Positions 37,848-49,604 of a stretch of DNA of 64,000 bases are shown in pieces. This DNA is from Lytechinus pictus. Taxonomy: Eukaryota. The DNA lies in assembly GCF_037042905.1 (NCBI RefSeq), contig NC_087257.1:8990001-9054000 (forward strand), in the 5' to 3' direction. The translations under genes were made by a program, and so were the position numbers. The notes under the pieces were generated by a model. The model was not told the origin of the DNA and searched no databases. It saw only the letters and a program-made list of their open reading frames with translations. Position 1 is the stretch's first letter. The number at the start of each line of letters is the position of its first letter.

Positions 37848-40800
37848 CTGAAAAAGATAAGAATGAAATGAATGTACTGTCATAAAAGTAATGATTCCTT
37901 TAATACAAATTTTCATCAAATATGATTAAAATATTTTCGATTGAATATATTTTCTTGATCAACATTTGAAACACAGAATATTGGCCTCCACTAGTAGTAC
38001 CACAAACAAAATACAATATAAATATTTTAAAACAAGGCAAAAGCAATTTTGTGTCTCGCCCACTTATGAAAATGACCAGAAATATCGTGATTTGCGAGGG
38101 CACGCGCCAAGAGAATTATATCGAAACTTCATTGTGAAATGACTGGGATGGAATAACACTTGTCATAAGAGCCTTGCACATAAACTTTAATGTTGACCTG
38201 AAAATGACCTTTGACCTTACCAAGTGACCTCTGACTGCAGCATAACATGCAGGTCGCCTAAGTACATCTACCATCCAAGTTTTGTTGAAAAGTAACTTAC
38301 GTTTGCGGAGTTAGGTGTCATAAGAGAGTCTTGCATGTAAACTTTAACGTTGACCTCAAACTGACCTTTGACCTAACCATGTGACCTCCGACTGCAGCAT
38401 AACATGCATGTCCCCCAAGTCCATCTACCATCCAAGTTTGGATGAAATGCGACTTACGGTTGCGGAGTTAGGTGTCATAAGAGAGTCTTGCATGTAAACT
38501 TTAACTTTGACCTGAAAATGACCTTTGACCTTACCATGTGACCTCTGACTGCAGCATAACATGCAGGTCCCCCAAGTCCATCTACCATCCAAGTTTGGTT
38601 GAAATGCGACTTACGGTTGCGGAGTTAGGTGTCATAAGAGAGTCTTGCATGTAAACTTTAACGTTGACCTCAAACTGACCTTTGACCTAACCATGTGACC
38701 TCCAACTGCAGCATAACATGCATGTCCCCCAAGTCCATCTACCATCCAAGTTTGGATGAAATGCGACTTACGGTTGCGGAGTTAGGTGTCATAAGAGAGT
38801 CTTGCATGTAAACTTTAACTTTGACCTGAAAATGACCTTTGACCTTACCATGTGACCTCTGACTGCAGCATAACATGCAGGTCCCCAAAGTCCATCTACC
38901 ATTCAAGTTTGGTTGAAATGCGACTTACGGTTGCGGAGTTAGGTGTCATAAGAGAGTCTTGCATGTAAACTTTAACGTTGACCTGAAAATGACCTTTGAC
39001 CTTACCATGTGACCTCTGACTGCAGCATAACATGCAGGTCCTCCAAGTCCATCTACCATGCAAGTTTGGTTGAAAAGCGACTTACGGTTGCGGAGTTAGG
39101 TGTCATAAGAGGGTCTTGCATGTAAACTGTAACGTTGACCTGAAAATGACCTTTGACCTTACCATGTGACCTCTGACTGCAGCATAACATGCAGGTCGCC
39201 TAAGTACATCTACCATCCAAGTTTTGTTGAAAAGTAACTTACGGTTGCGGAGTTAGGTGTCATAAGAGAGTCTTGCATGTAAACTTTAACGTTGACCTCA
39301 AACTGACCTTTGACCTGACCATGTGACCTCCGACTGCAGCATAACATGCACATCCTCCAAGTCCATCTACCATCCAAGTTTGGTTGGAAATCGACTTACG
39401 GTTGTGGAGTTATGTGTCATTAGGTTTGTGACGGATGGACGACATTTGGATCCCTAAGTCTCGCCTTCACCTCTGGTGGGCAAGACAAAAAGGAATACTC
39501 CTTTTTTCCCAAAAGCCATGACTTCTTAGGTTTAAAGAAAAATACTATGGTATGAACATGTGTTGTTGCCATACATATTTTGCTCATTTCTTAGTTATTA
39601 CACGTTTTTTACCGCAATCATTTGGCATAGGTTGCCTTTGTGGCAACTTCCATGGAAACCTTGATTGCGATTGGATGCTGAGCCCCGTTAACATGGTAGT
39701 TGCCATAGTGGTAAAGATACAACAGTTGTACATCGTTTATGAAACAGGCCCCATTGCATGAAAGTTACCATTATCGTAGCTCTGCCATCCAATGGTAACT
39801 TGCATAGAATCCTTGATTTTGATTGGCTGCTGATCAGCTTTAACATGGTAGTTACCATTGGATGGCAAAGTTACCATAATAGAAACTTTCATGCAACGTG
39901 GCACTGGTCTTGATTTATGTACTTACATTATATGTACTACAACTCCCCATCCTGCTAATGCGTCCCTATCGACAGCATTGAGAAGACCTTGTGATAGGGT
40001 CTCAAATAAATCATCAGGTTCCTGTACGATAACACATATAAAAACAGTTTTGAAAGAAGACATTTAGTGCAAATGTCGTTAAAAATTAGGTGTTCCCATC
40101 ATAACAATTTTTTTTTTGTAGATATAGCTCCATATTCACTATCCCTTTAAAAATATTTCTCAGACATTTGAAGTCTGAATAAAAAATATCAAATGGAAGC
40201 AGATTCAATATAATTTCAAATTAATCTAATTTTTTCACCAGAAAATTGAAAAGTTTTTATAAGTGCACTCAATATATAATCATGCTCCTTGCTTCAAACA
40301 CAATTCTTCAATATCAGTAAAATATACATGTATTCTATAATCTTTAACCAGAAGAACTTATAATTTATGAAAATGGTATACTGCTTAACAACTCACAGAG
40401 CACCACAAAAAAATATGATGAGAATATGAAATTTATGTACTGAAAATGACAAGTTCAGTGTGTGGTGTGGTTCCGAATTGTGTAATTTCAGCTAATCATT
40501 ACAAACTCTAAATTGGCAACATTGGTGAATAAAGATACAAATCTACAACTTGTCATTGACATTTTGCTGTTGTCTGACATTTGAACTGATGTTTTATCCA
40601 TACTTGATTGATGCCAAGCGTGCGAATGAATAGAAAATTATTGATTGCCAATTTGAGGAATAAAAAAAGATTAATAATTCATGAAAACAGGGTGATGTAC
40701 CTCAAAGGGTTAAATGAATATCAGTTATAAGATCTGGAACTCACATACATTCACACATCCCATTCTCTAGGTATGAAAATGAAGAGGAAATTTTTTTACT

Positions 40801-43800
40801 GTTGCCAATTTGAGGAAGAAGAGAAGATTAATAATGAATTTATGAAAGCTGTGTATCTATATGGGTGAAATTAATTTCACTCTCTGGAAACCAAAGAGAT
40901 TCACACATCCCATCTATTAAGCATGAAAATGAATAAGAAAATTGTTGACTGTTGCCAATTTGAGGAAGAAATGAAGATTAATCTTAATTTATGAAATCTG
41001 TGTAGCTTTATGGGTAAAATGAATTTCACTCTCCGGAAACCAGAGAGATTCACACATCTTATTTTTCAAGTATGAAAAATGAATAGGAAAAGTAAAGATT
41101 GTTGCTAATTTGAAGAAAAAATGAAATTAATCATGACTTAGTGAAAGCTATGTACTTCAGTAGGTCAAATCAATCTGAATTCACTTACAAGATCTGGAAC
41201 CCACAGAGATTCACACATGCCATAGAGCTGTTCTGTACAAGTTCCTGCGACTACAAAATCATCTGTGAACATGGGACACCCGATCAGATCGAGATTGCAG
41301 ATGAACGGCTTGTAGGTCTTGGGGTCCAGACCGGCGATCACTGGTTCAATGAAGTACGGCCCAAACCTGAAATGATGATGAAGATAATTAATCAGTTACA
41401 GTTAGTTGTGATTAAAATGTTAACAGAATATATCTTTTAGCAATAGCTTATGAATTAGGGCTCTGGGTCATTTCTTCACTGGAACAATTATTACAGAAAG
41501 CTGTCCATAAAAACTACAGCATGTTTCAAAACATCATTGACCTTGGGCCCATTTCATTAAAATTGTTATAATGAAAATTTTAAAATAACAGTTAAAAGCT
41601 ATTGAAATCCTTCAATCTGATTGGCTGATCATAAACTTGTTACGTAATAATTGTGCATTTGTTATTATAACTAGTCTTTATGAAAAGCTTGCTGAACAGT
41701 GATGCTTAAATATAAGATTATCCTAGCCAGTCAGATGCAGGGACTATATACTTTTTATATCAGGAAAAATCACTGATAAATCATTTCACAATTCCTCAGA
41801 TCTCAATTGGCACACTTTACCTTCTCTCGTAAAGCAGATTTGATACCATACTCATGAATGTCTCGGGCTTCACATCTCGATTTTCGCGCAATGTGTAGAG
41901 GTTCAGACGGAACTTTAATCTGTTGGATCTGTTCAGAAAGAAGATATAATGAAAGGCAAATTTTAATACAATTCTCGCTACCCCAAATAGGAACAAAAAT
42001 CTCATAATGCGCGAGACGAGATAATTTTCACTCCGTCGGGTCGTCATCACCACTTCAGGTTTAGAGTCATGCTCGCGCGAGGTTCGCGATACTGAGTTTT
42101 CCACATAGAGATATATACTAATATGGTTTTCCATCACGCTGAAATCGATGCCAATCAGCGTAATATGTACAGAGTATAATACTTTTTATTACATTTGGTC
42201 AGTTTTGATTCCATTTGAATTATAAATAAAAATAAAAAATATATTTCACGTGAGAATAATTTTTATTCATGTTTTTATTTGGTTATAAAAAAATCAAACA
42301 AATAATGAATATCTTAAAATTTTGCATTTAGCGACCGGCCTGACATCACGATCGTATTCAACTAGACACTAAATATATTCAGCATTCATTTCGTTCAATT
42401 TTTCGTCGACCACATAATGGATAAAAATCAGTTTCGGAACTTAAAAAAATCTTAACTGACAGATGAATACCGTGCAATGGAAAGCGTCAGGCAGAATTAG
42501 TGACTTTAGCAGAAAAAGCTGTAAAACTGTTAGTGAAAGAGAGGGTTGTGATCACGAACTTTCCGAGCGAAAGCTACGTTGTGTTGTTGTGCATGACGGC
42601 ACTGTTGATCTAAATGGCAAAACAGTGCGTTGGACTTCCGAACAGGAAGTTGTAAAACCGAAAAAGCTATCCCATAATGCAATGCACGTTACAGGGATTT
42701 TCCCGGATCTCGGCGAAATCGCTATTTGGGGTAGCGAGAATTAATATATGATGGTCGATGAGAAGAAAAATTCCAAGAAACAAATAAAGCAAATTATATG
42801 AGTATCAAAAACAATATATAACTAGATTTTAATTCGTAATGAGGACGAATTAGGTGGTCTGTCATGATTTTTCATTAAGTGTCGGCTAATGTATGAAATG
42901 AATCATTTAGATATGATCTATTTGACAATCTTGATCATAGACATCATGGGAGTAAATTTTGACCATTGCTAAATATGATTATTAATGTGGCGATGACAAT
43001 CGTGATGATTATAAATATGTTGGTGATAATGCAATACGGCAATTACGAAATGAAGTTTGGAGCACGTAAAACGCCTTAAAAACTCCTCAAAAATTTCAGA
43101 CGATTTTACCGAAATTGGCTTTCCAAACTTGCGCGATGAAAGGCGCCTTAATTTTCACAGCAGCTAATTTCTAATCGACGGTTTGATGTTTTTTATGCAA
43201 AATCTTTTTTAAAATTCTTTCTACTGTCAGCAATCTTTTTTTCAAGATTTCAATTAAGTTTCAAGCAAGAATTTTCACAATGTCAGTGGGTGTTGATTTC
43301 ACAGAATACTCGAAAATTCATAGGTGATACTTTCTGAAAACTAAAATATCTTAAATATTTTTATTCAAAATTTCTGCTAAATTTCAATAATTTTTAATAA
43401 GAAGTTTCACAATGCTACAATTTCACAGCATTCACTTCAAAACTCATCAGTGATGTTTTTGATAAAAGAATTATGTAGATTTTTTTTTGGAAAAGTTTGC
43501 AAAATTTCTGCAAATTTCTAAACATTTCACATATTTTCCATCAAGAATTTTCAATATCCATTAATTAATTGTGTATGACTTTGACATTTACTTGAAAATT
43601 CTTTCTTGATGATTTTTAATGAAAAAAGTCAGGTAAAAGATTCAAATACCGGCGATTTTACCGCAAAATTTCGGAAAAATGTGTAATGAACTAAATTGCA
43701 CAATGTTTCATTTCACAGAAGGTACCTGAAAATTTGTTATACGTTATATTTAGTAAAACTGACCAAATAGAAAAAAAATCTGGGAAATTCCGCAAAATGT

Positions 43801-46800
43801 CCGAAATGAAATTTTTCACCCCAATAGCGTTTCAATATTGCAGTGTTTAATTAAAAATTCATTAATGATGTTTTACAAAGTGAAAATGACCATAAAAAAG
43901 TTCCGGAAAATTACAAAAAATGTCCTACATAAAAAACCGCAAAGCAAGTGGGCTTGAAATTTTCAGTAAGACCGTACAATTGATTAATAAAACATTTCCT
44001 TAAAAAAATTCTCAAAAATTAGGTCCAGAAAAAATTTGAAAAAACTTAAACAAGTCATAACACATTGATGCTGTCCTTGTTATTTGTAGAGAATTTGTTC
44101 GACTACATCATATCAAAATTTAGGAGAAAACCGAACACAAAACGAAGATACAGCCAAATATAAATAATTACGTTGACCTATGTTGCGAAAATATGTAATT
44201 TTCACTTCTAACGTAATTTTGACGTCATCACAAAATCTCAAAATGAGATATTGACTATATCCAACAGTGAGGAAAAATTGGGGGTCACCGTTTGTTCTGA
44301 AGAGCTACAGTGAATTTTAATAGGCATGTTTTTGTCCATATAGAGCCTATGGAAAGAGCTCGCGCGCACGCGTGCTGCAAACTTTAATGGGTGCTCATTC
44401 CCTCATTAATGATCGTAGAGAGCTGATCGAGGTATCAATTTGATCAGAAATACAGAATTATATCAATAATAGATACGCATAGAAAAAACAGTGAATTTAT
44501 GCTGCGTAACGCTGTTACGCACGAAAACGCGCGCGCGCAAAATGTTGAAATGCTTAAAATGAACTGAAACGTACCCCAAAATTTTTATAGGCCATTTTGA
44601 GAATTTTTTTAGCTTTGACGCGTGCGTCATGACCTTTACATGACCTTTGATGACATTGACAGACGACCTTTGACCTAAAGTTTATTTGATGTAAATATGA
44701 TTGATTATCCGTTATGTTGATATGATCAAATTAAGAATTTTACAAAATGGCGCGTAGATGACGTCATCATGACCAGATGACTTTGAAAAGCTTAGTATGC
44801 CGTCTCTATGATAGACTATATATGACAGAAAAATCAGCCAAATTGATTCAGCCAATTCGGAGAAAAGTTGGCGACAAAAGTACCCCAAAATTTTTATAGG
44901 CCATTTTGAGAATTTGTTTAGCTTTGACGCGTGCGTCATGACCTTTACATGACCTTTGATGACATTGACAGACAACCTTTGACCTAAAGTTTATTTGATG
45001 TAAATATGATTGATTATCCGTTATGTTGATATGATCAAATTAAGAATTTTACAAAATGGCGCGTAGATGACGTCATCATGACCAGATGACTTTGAAAAGC
45101 TTAGTATGCCGTCTCTATGATAGACTATATATGACAGAAAAATCAGCCAAATTGATTCAGCCAATTCGGAGAAAAGTTGGCGACAAACATAAATAAATAA
45201 AGAAAGAAAGAAATAAAGAAATAAAGAAAGAAAATTCTGACGAAATTAAGAGGTGATCTGTCAGAGTCAGACCACCTAATTATAGGGTGTTATAAGAATA
45301 CATTTGCGATCAATTGCAAAGTTCTGTTGCAATTTTACAACTTGCAAATTGATCACAAGTTTCTTGCGATAACTGTAGCATTTTGCCCAAGGCAGGCTTG
45401 TCCGACATACCCATGGGTAATAAACAAATTGTAGGTTCCAATAATCTACAGGACAGGGCCATTTTTCTATACCTTTTCTACCAGTACAAATGGGAATAAT
45501 TGAAAAAATAAGACAAAGGCACATCCAAGATAGTAAAACATAGCCTGTAATGAACTTGATAATGAACAGCTTATGTTTTATCTTCGTTCAGATTTTAATC
45601 ACTTTGTTACTAGCTTACATGTACATCCATTCCACTTTAAAAGTGTCATCTTTTATGATATTCTTGGCTCTTGCCATCTCCAAATTAAGAGTTTCTGTCA
45701 ATGAATGCCTTTTTTAGAATTAGCATAAAAATGTTAACGTGTGTTTTATGTATGAATGATACAGAGGTCTTGCCATTTCCATACTTACACTGTAGTTATA
45801 TCAGTTGCTAGCCCAGAGATTCCCAAATAAAGCCTTGGTCCCATCTCAAAGATTTTCTGTGCGTTCATCGAGACGGTCTGAGCTTGTACTCCAAACCGTC
45901 GATCTGACGCGATCCCAACGCAGTCTTTCCCTATCATGGCCACAACGGCCGAGCCGTTATATGACATAATAGACTGAAATATAAGAAAATGTATAAGAAA
46001 ATGTGTAAGTGTGGCAAGAAATAAACGTTCAAAACAAAAACCTGGAAAACTATTTTCAAATGGCTTTGGCTGGCTAAAAGGTGCATGCACACATTGTTTG
46101 CTCATTTTCTAAAACAATCCTTGTGAAGGAAAAAAACAAAAAACTGTTTGCTGTACCAGGCCGACCATAATTAAAACCCAGACTTTTATTTCTTCTTTCA
46201 ATTCTGAAAAAATAAGTGCAGACTGACTTTGAGTCCCTTCATCTTTCTTATTATTCTCCCCGATTTCTTTACAAATAAAAAAAAAACTTGATAATTTTGG
46301 CAAATGAAACAATCTAGAAAAGACTAGATGACCCTCAAATTCCTCAATCTTCGATTTTAAGTGGATCATGCATAAAAACGGCCGGGTTCCCATCACACAC
46401 ATGCAAAAAAGAGCATTTCACTCTCTCTAACGTAAAAAAAACAATAAAAAAAATAAATAGAAAAGGACCAAAGACAACTTCTGATAACATTAACCATGGT
46501 CTAAATTAACATTAGTTATCTTCTTAAGTGGATGACACATTTTTGGGGCTTGCTTGTTTGTTGTTGCTTTTTTAATTTTATCATTTTTTTTTCATTTAAT
46601 TTGATGGTCCAGCACCCGAGTACAGTCCATAATTTGTCATGCTAAACATGATCCATGGTAATGACTTTGTGGCAATATTTTTAGATGGTTTTTAGACCAA
46701 TTTACCCATTTGATTACCGGTTTTATGGCCTTAGTATCATGCAATTAGTCACCTCTCTTCTCGCGTGTCAGTGTGTGTGTGCACTCGTTGAAGTCAATAA

Positions 46801-48244
46801 GGTTTATCGCTATATACGTGTGAGGAAAAAGATACTGGCCCAAAATCACCAATTTTGAGGATAACCGGAGGATGGACACGGAGTGAAATACGGGTGAAGA
46901 GTAAGAAATTAAGCTATTTTACTTTCTCGTTATATTTTTTTAATATAATTTTAACAATGAATAACATTAACGCGATTTGCGTGCTGTCGCCAAGCGGAAG
47001 ACAAAGAAATCAAGATGGCGACGTAAACACGGCCGTGAGCTCTTCCCATCTTTTCATAACATTTTTCTCGTTTTTTTTATTAGGCCTAATTCTTCTTTAA
47101 AAACGAAATTGATATCGCAGAAATGTTGGAAATGAAGTTGAAGTGAACCCATGTACCGGTAGGCCTACATGTTTTATAATACTACTACTAGGGCTAACCC
47201 AGAGAGCTCCAGCCCGCGTAGCGGGCTGGAGCCCAGACGCTCAGTGTGCAAACGGGCATTCAGGTGAGAGTACCGTGAAGTTTGGTCAAAATAATTTTGA
47301 TAATACATAATTAAAACAGAAATTAAGCACTTACCACGATTGTATGGATGATAGTCTAACGAGTGGCAGTTTCCTGACATCGAGGCACAGACTGGAACCT
47401 CAAAAAACGATCAGTTCTGTCGCGGTGGCTCTCCTTCTTTCAAAATTCATAGCAAAATGGCCGTTCGAGAGGGTGTAGGGCGCATGCGCGAATTTGACAA
47501 AGTCTATATGCGCTAGTGCTATACTAGCCTCGGTCTCGATCGGCCATTTTGTGTTGAATTCTGAAAGAGGAGAGCTACCGCGACAGAACTGATCGTTTTT
47601 TGAGGTTCCAGTCTGTGCCTCGATGTCAGGAAACTGCCACTCGTTAGACTATCATCCATACAATCGTGGTAAGTGCTTAATTTCTGTTTTAATTATGTAT
47701 TATCAAAATTATTTTGACCAAACTTCACGGTACTCTCACCTGAATGCCCGTTTGCACACTGAGCGTCTGGGCTCCAGCCCGCTACGCTACGCGGGCTGGA
47801 GCTCTCTGGGTTATACTAGGTCTAGGGCTAGATCTTTTAGTTTTAGAGGGAAAGTAGAAATCTCAGGGGCGATAGTTTCAGGTTTTGTGGCCGTACGTGC
47901 GTGATTATACCTTGGCGTCCCAGGCGTCAGTGGGGAGTAAGCCTACGTAGAGTAGATGACTTTTACTCCCCAGACGCCTCCAGGCTACTTCGCCCGAGGC
48001 AGAATCTTCATCTGACTTGTGCTCCGCCGCAGCGGACTTCGAGAGAGACTCGCTCGAATTCATCGCGGTAGAGACTCCCCGACGCCACCCCGAGACACGG
48101 TCATGCTCTCGCAGGTCAACTAAAACTAAAGTCAAACTTCGTTCGCTCTTCTTTCTTATACAATAAATACATGTCTTACATTCTCAAATCAAAGGCATTT
48201 AAAAGCAAATACTTGACTTTAAAATCAATCACATTTCTTACCAT
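37799..48244 (-). CDS. PSMB3: Proteasome 20S subunit beta 3; 6 exons, 205 aa
   Basis: join(48244..48242,45973..45789,41928..41821,41366..41189,40021..39927,37847..37799) = 618 nt; [14 protein letters not shown]...VKARMD*. Confidence 0.95.
38031..39490 (-). mobile_element. Helentron-associated non-autonomous element (HINE/DINE-1-like) with 157-bp tandem core
   Basis: subTIRs TGTCTCGCCCAC (38052-63) / GTGGGCAAGACA (39476-87), 5' IR at 39458-65, GTCC microsatellite, CTTGTT 3' end. Confidence 0.85.
38160..39420. repeat. 157-bp satellite-like tandem array, 8 units
   Basis: GGAGTTA recurs at 38307, 38464, 38621, 38778, 38935, 39092, 39249 and 39406. Confidence 0.95.
39927..40021 (-). CDS. PSMB3: PSMB3 exon 5
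   Basis: 95 nt; [31 protein letters not shown]. Confidence 0.96.
40620..41225. repeat. degenerate ~150-bp tandem repeat that includes the PSMB3 exon 4 3' end
   Basis: ATTCACACAT at 40749, 40899, 41048 and 41209 (the last is in the real exon), with collinear GCCAATTTGAGGAA blocks. Confidence 0.8.
41189..41366 (-). CDS. PSMB3: PSMB3 exon 4
   Basis: 178 nt; [17 protein letters not shown]...[13 protein letters not shown]; donor GTAAGT. Confidence 0.96.
41821..41928 (-). CDS. PSMB3: PSMB3 exon 3
   Basis: 108 nt; [36 protein letters not shown]. Confidence 0.96.
41971..42741. mobile_element. TIR element (~770 bp)
   Basis: perfect 20-bp TIR ATTCTCGCTACCCCAAATAG / CTATTTGGGGTAGCGAGAAT; TSD ambiguous. 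Confidence 0.78.
42820..45281 (-). mobile_element. Helentron/HINE-type element with a 309-bp internal duplication
   Basis: subTIRs ATTAGGTGGTCTG (42849-61 / 45268-80), 5' IR at 45251-60, (TTTC/TTTA)n, 3' stem-loop at 42831-51 followed by CTAG. Confidence 0.82.
45789..45973 (-). CDS. PSMB3: PSMB3 exon 2
   Basis: 185 nt; [28 protein letters not shown]...GLATDITTV; CAG acceptor, GTAAGT donor. Confidence 0.96.
47195..47813. mobile_element. 619-bp near-perfect palindromic element with 9-bp TSD (Mutator-like) in PSMB3 intron 1
   Basis: arms 47195-~47470 and ~47534-47813; TSD TACTAGGGC / TACTAGGTC (8/9). Confidence 0.85.
48242..48244 (-). CDS. PSMB3: PSMB3 exon 1 (initiator ATG only)
   Basis: cataATG|GTAAGA. 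It is the only strong ATG|GT junction upstream of exon 2, which starts TCT ATT ATG (S-I-M) in phase 0. Confidence 0.7.
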
Positions 48245-48354
48245 TATGCCTAGATTGTTTGTATCCCCGGCCACAAACAAGACAGATTTTTTCCAATTCC
48301 TAAAATGTGTCAATTCACGATCGTTTGTAGACTTTCTCTGTTTCGACAAAGAGG

Positions 48355-48364
48355 GCTCACTCAT
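48355..48364 (-). promoter_or_regulatory. ARE-like (CNC/Nrf) element upstream of PSMB3
   Basis: ATGAGTGAGC fits RTGABNNNGC, about 110 nt upstream of the ATG exon. Confidence 0.45.
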
Positions 48365-48367
48365 GAA

Positions 48368-48525
48368 NNNNNNNNNNNNNNNNNNNNNNNNNNNNNNNNN
48401 NNNNNNNNNNNNNNNNNNNNNNNNNNNNNNNNNNNNNNNNNNNNNNNNNNNNNNNNNNNNNNNNNNNNNNNNNNNNNNNNNNNNNNNNNNNNNNNNNNNN
48501 NNNNNNNNNNNNNNNNNNNNNNNNN
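48368..48525. other. assembly gap (158 N)
   Basis: run of N. Confidence 1.
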
Positions 48526-49604
48526 CTATTCTTCTTATTTATCCATGTTCACCTTTTTTCTTCTTCCTTAATCTCAGTTTTCCTCTCATTGCTCGTAGGC
48601 CTATATAGTAGGCTTTCTCATCTTGTAAGATACGAAAATTAGCCCGATGACATTTTAAACTTTTTTTTTTTTAAATAGCCTTAAAAAATATATATATATC
48701 TCAAAGCCGGGATCTCAAGTCACAAGCGTTGATGGAAGTTAGACTGTCTTGACCTTTAAGAAAATGGGTAAAAATAATTGCGACGATTCCTAATGGTGGG
48801 TGAGTGTTCAAAAGTCCCCATCCCATACCTCTGACTGACTTTAAACCTGTTTTTCCTCCCAATAAGCATTCGATTTGTTTTTTTCATAAACTTCTTGATA
48901 AAGGTCCTTGACAAGCGATTTCTAGGGCCATTTCTCGAAGGTGGGTACCTGCAATTATAATGGCAATTTTATATGGTAAAAGATAGCTATTATGATCCTG
49001 CCATCACCCCCCCCCCCCCCCCCCCCCCCCATCCGACGCAGCGTAATTTCATTATACGCCCATTATTCGTCTAATTCCCATTAAGGTTACACCAATTTCG
49101 TTTGCTAACACCCATATGATTATCAACCAACTTTTTTATTTGACATAGTGAGAAAAGGTATAGTAGGCCTATTACAGACTAATGATAATGACGGGTAACG
49201 GTTTAGAAGAAGTAATTATATGAGAGGGTAGATATGGGGGCCCCCAATTTATCACGACCAAGAAAAAAAAATGAAAGAGAAGGAAAATCTAAAATTATTA
49301 TCTGAATATCATGTCAAAATCTATCACAAAATTTTCTTTTGGTAATAAAAATATAAAAAAATTTGCTCTCTCGCATATTTTTCCAAATTAATTTGGCCCT
49401 ATACGGCATGTCTGGCCCCTTAAAACTGTTTGCTCACTAAAATGACGCTAGTGTTGGTGAGGGGGTAAAAATATTATTATCAACATTTCCCCCATTTGAC
49501 GCCTAAAAAGTTTATTTTAATTTTTTTTACCGCGTTTAGAGGGCTGTACTAACCAGAGAATGACGTTTCATTCATCTTAGCCTTATTATTCGCCAAGATC
49601 TCAA

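Noticed and set aside
38160-39420. CRISPR-like regular array
   Set aside because: Eukaryotic DNA; the units repeat in full with no unique spacers, and no cas genes are present.
46160-46500. Alternative ATG|GT sites for PSMB3 exon 1 (ATG|GTCGGC, ATG|GTTAAT)
   Set aside because: Weak donors in non-promoter context compared with ATG|GTAAGA at 48244.
47174-47904. Twin ORFs [15 protein letters not shown] on both strands as protein genes
   Set aside because: They are mirror images produced by the palindrome and have no domain similarity.
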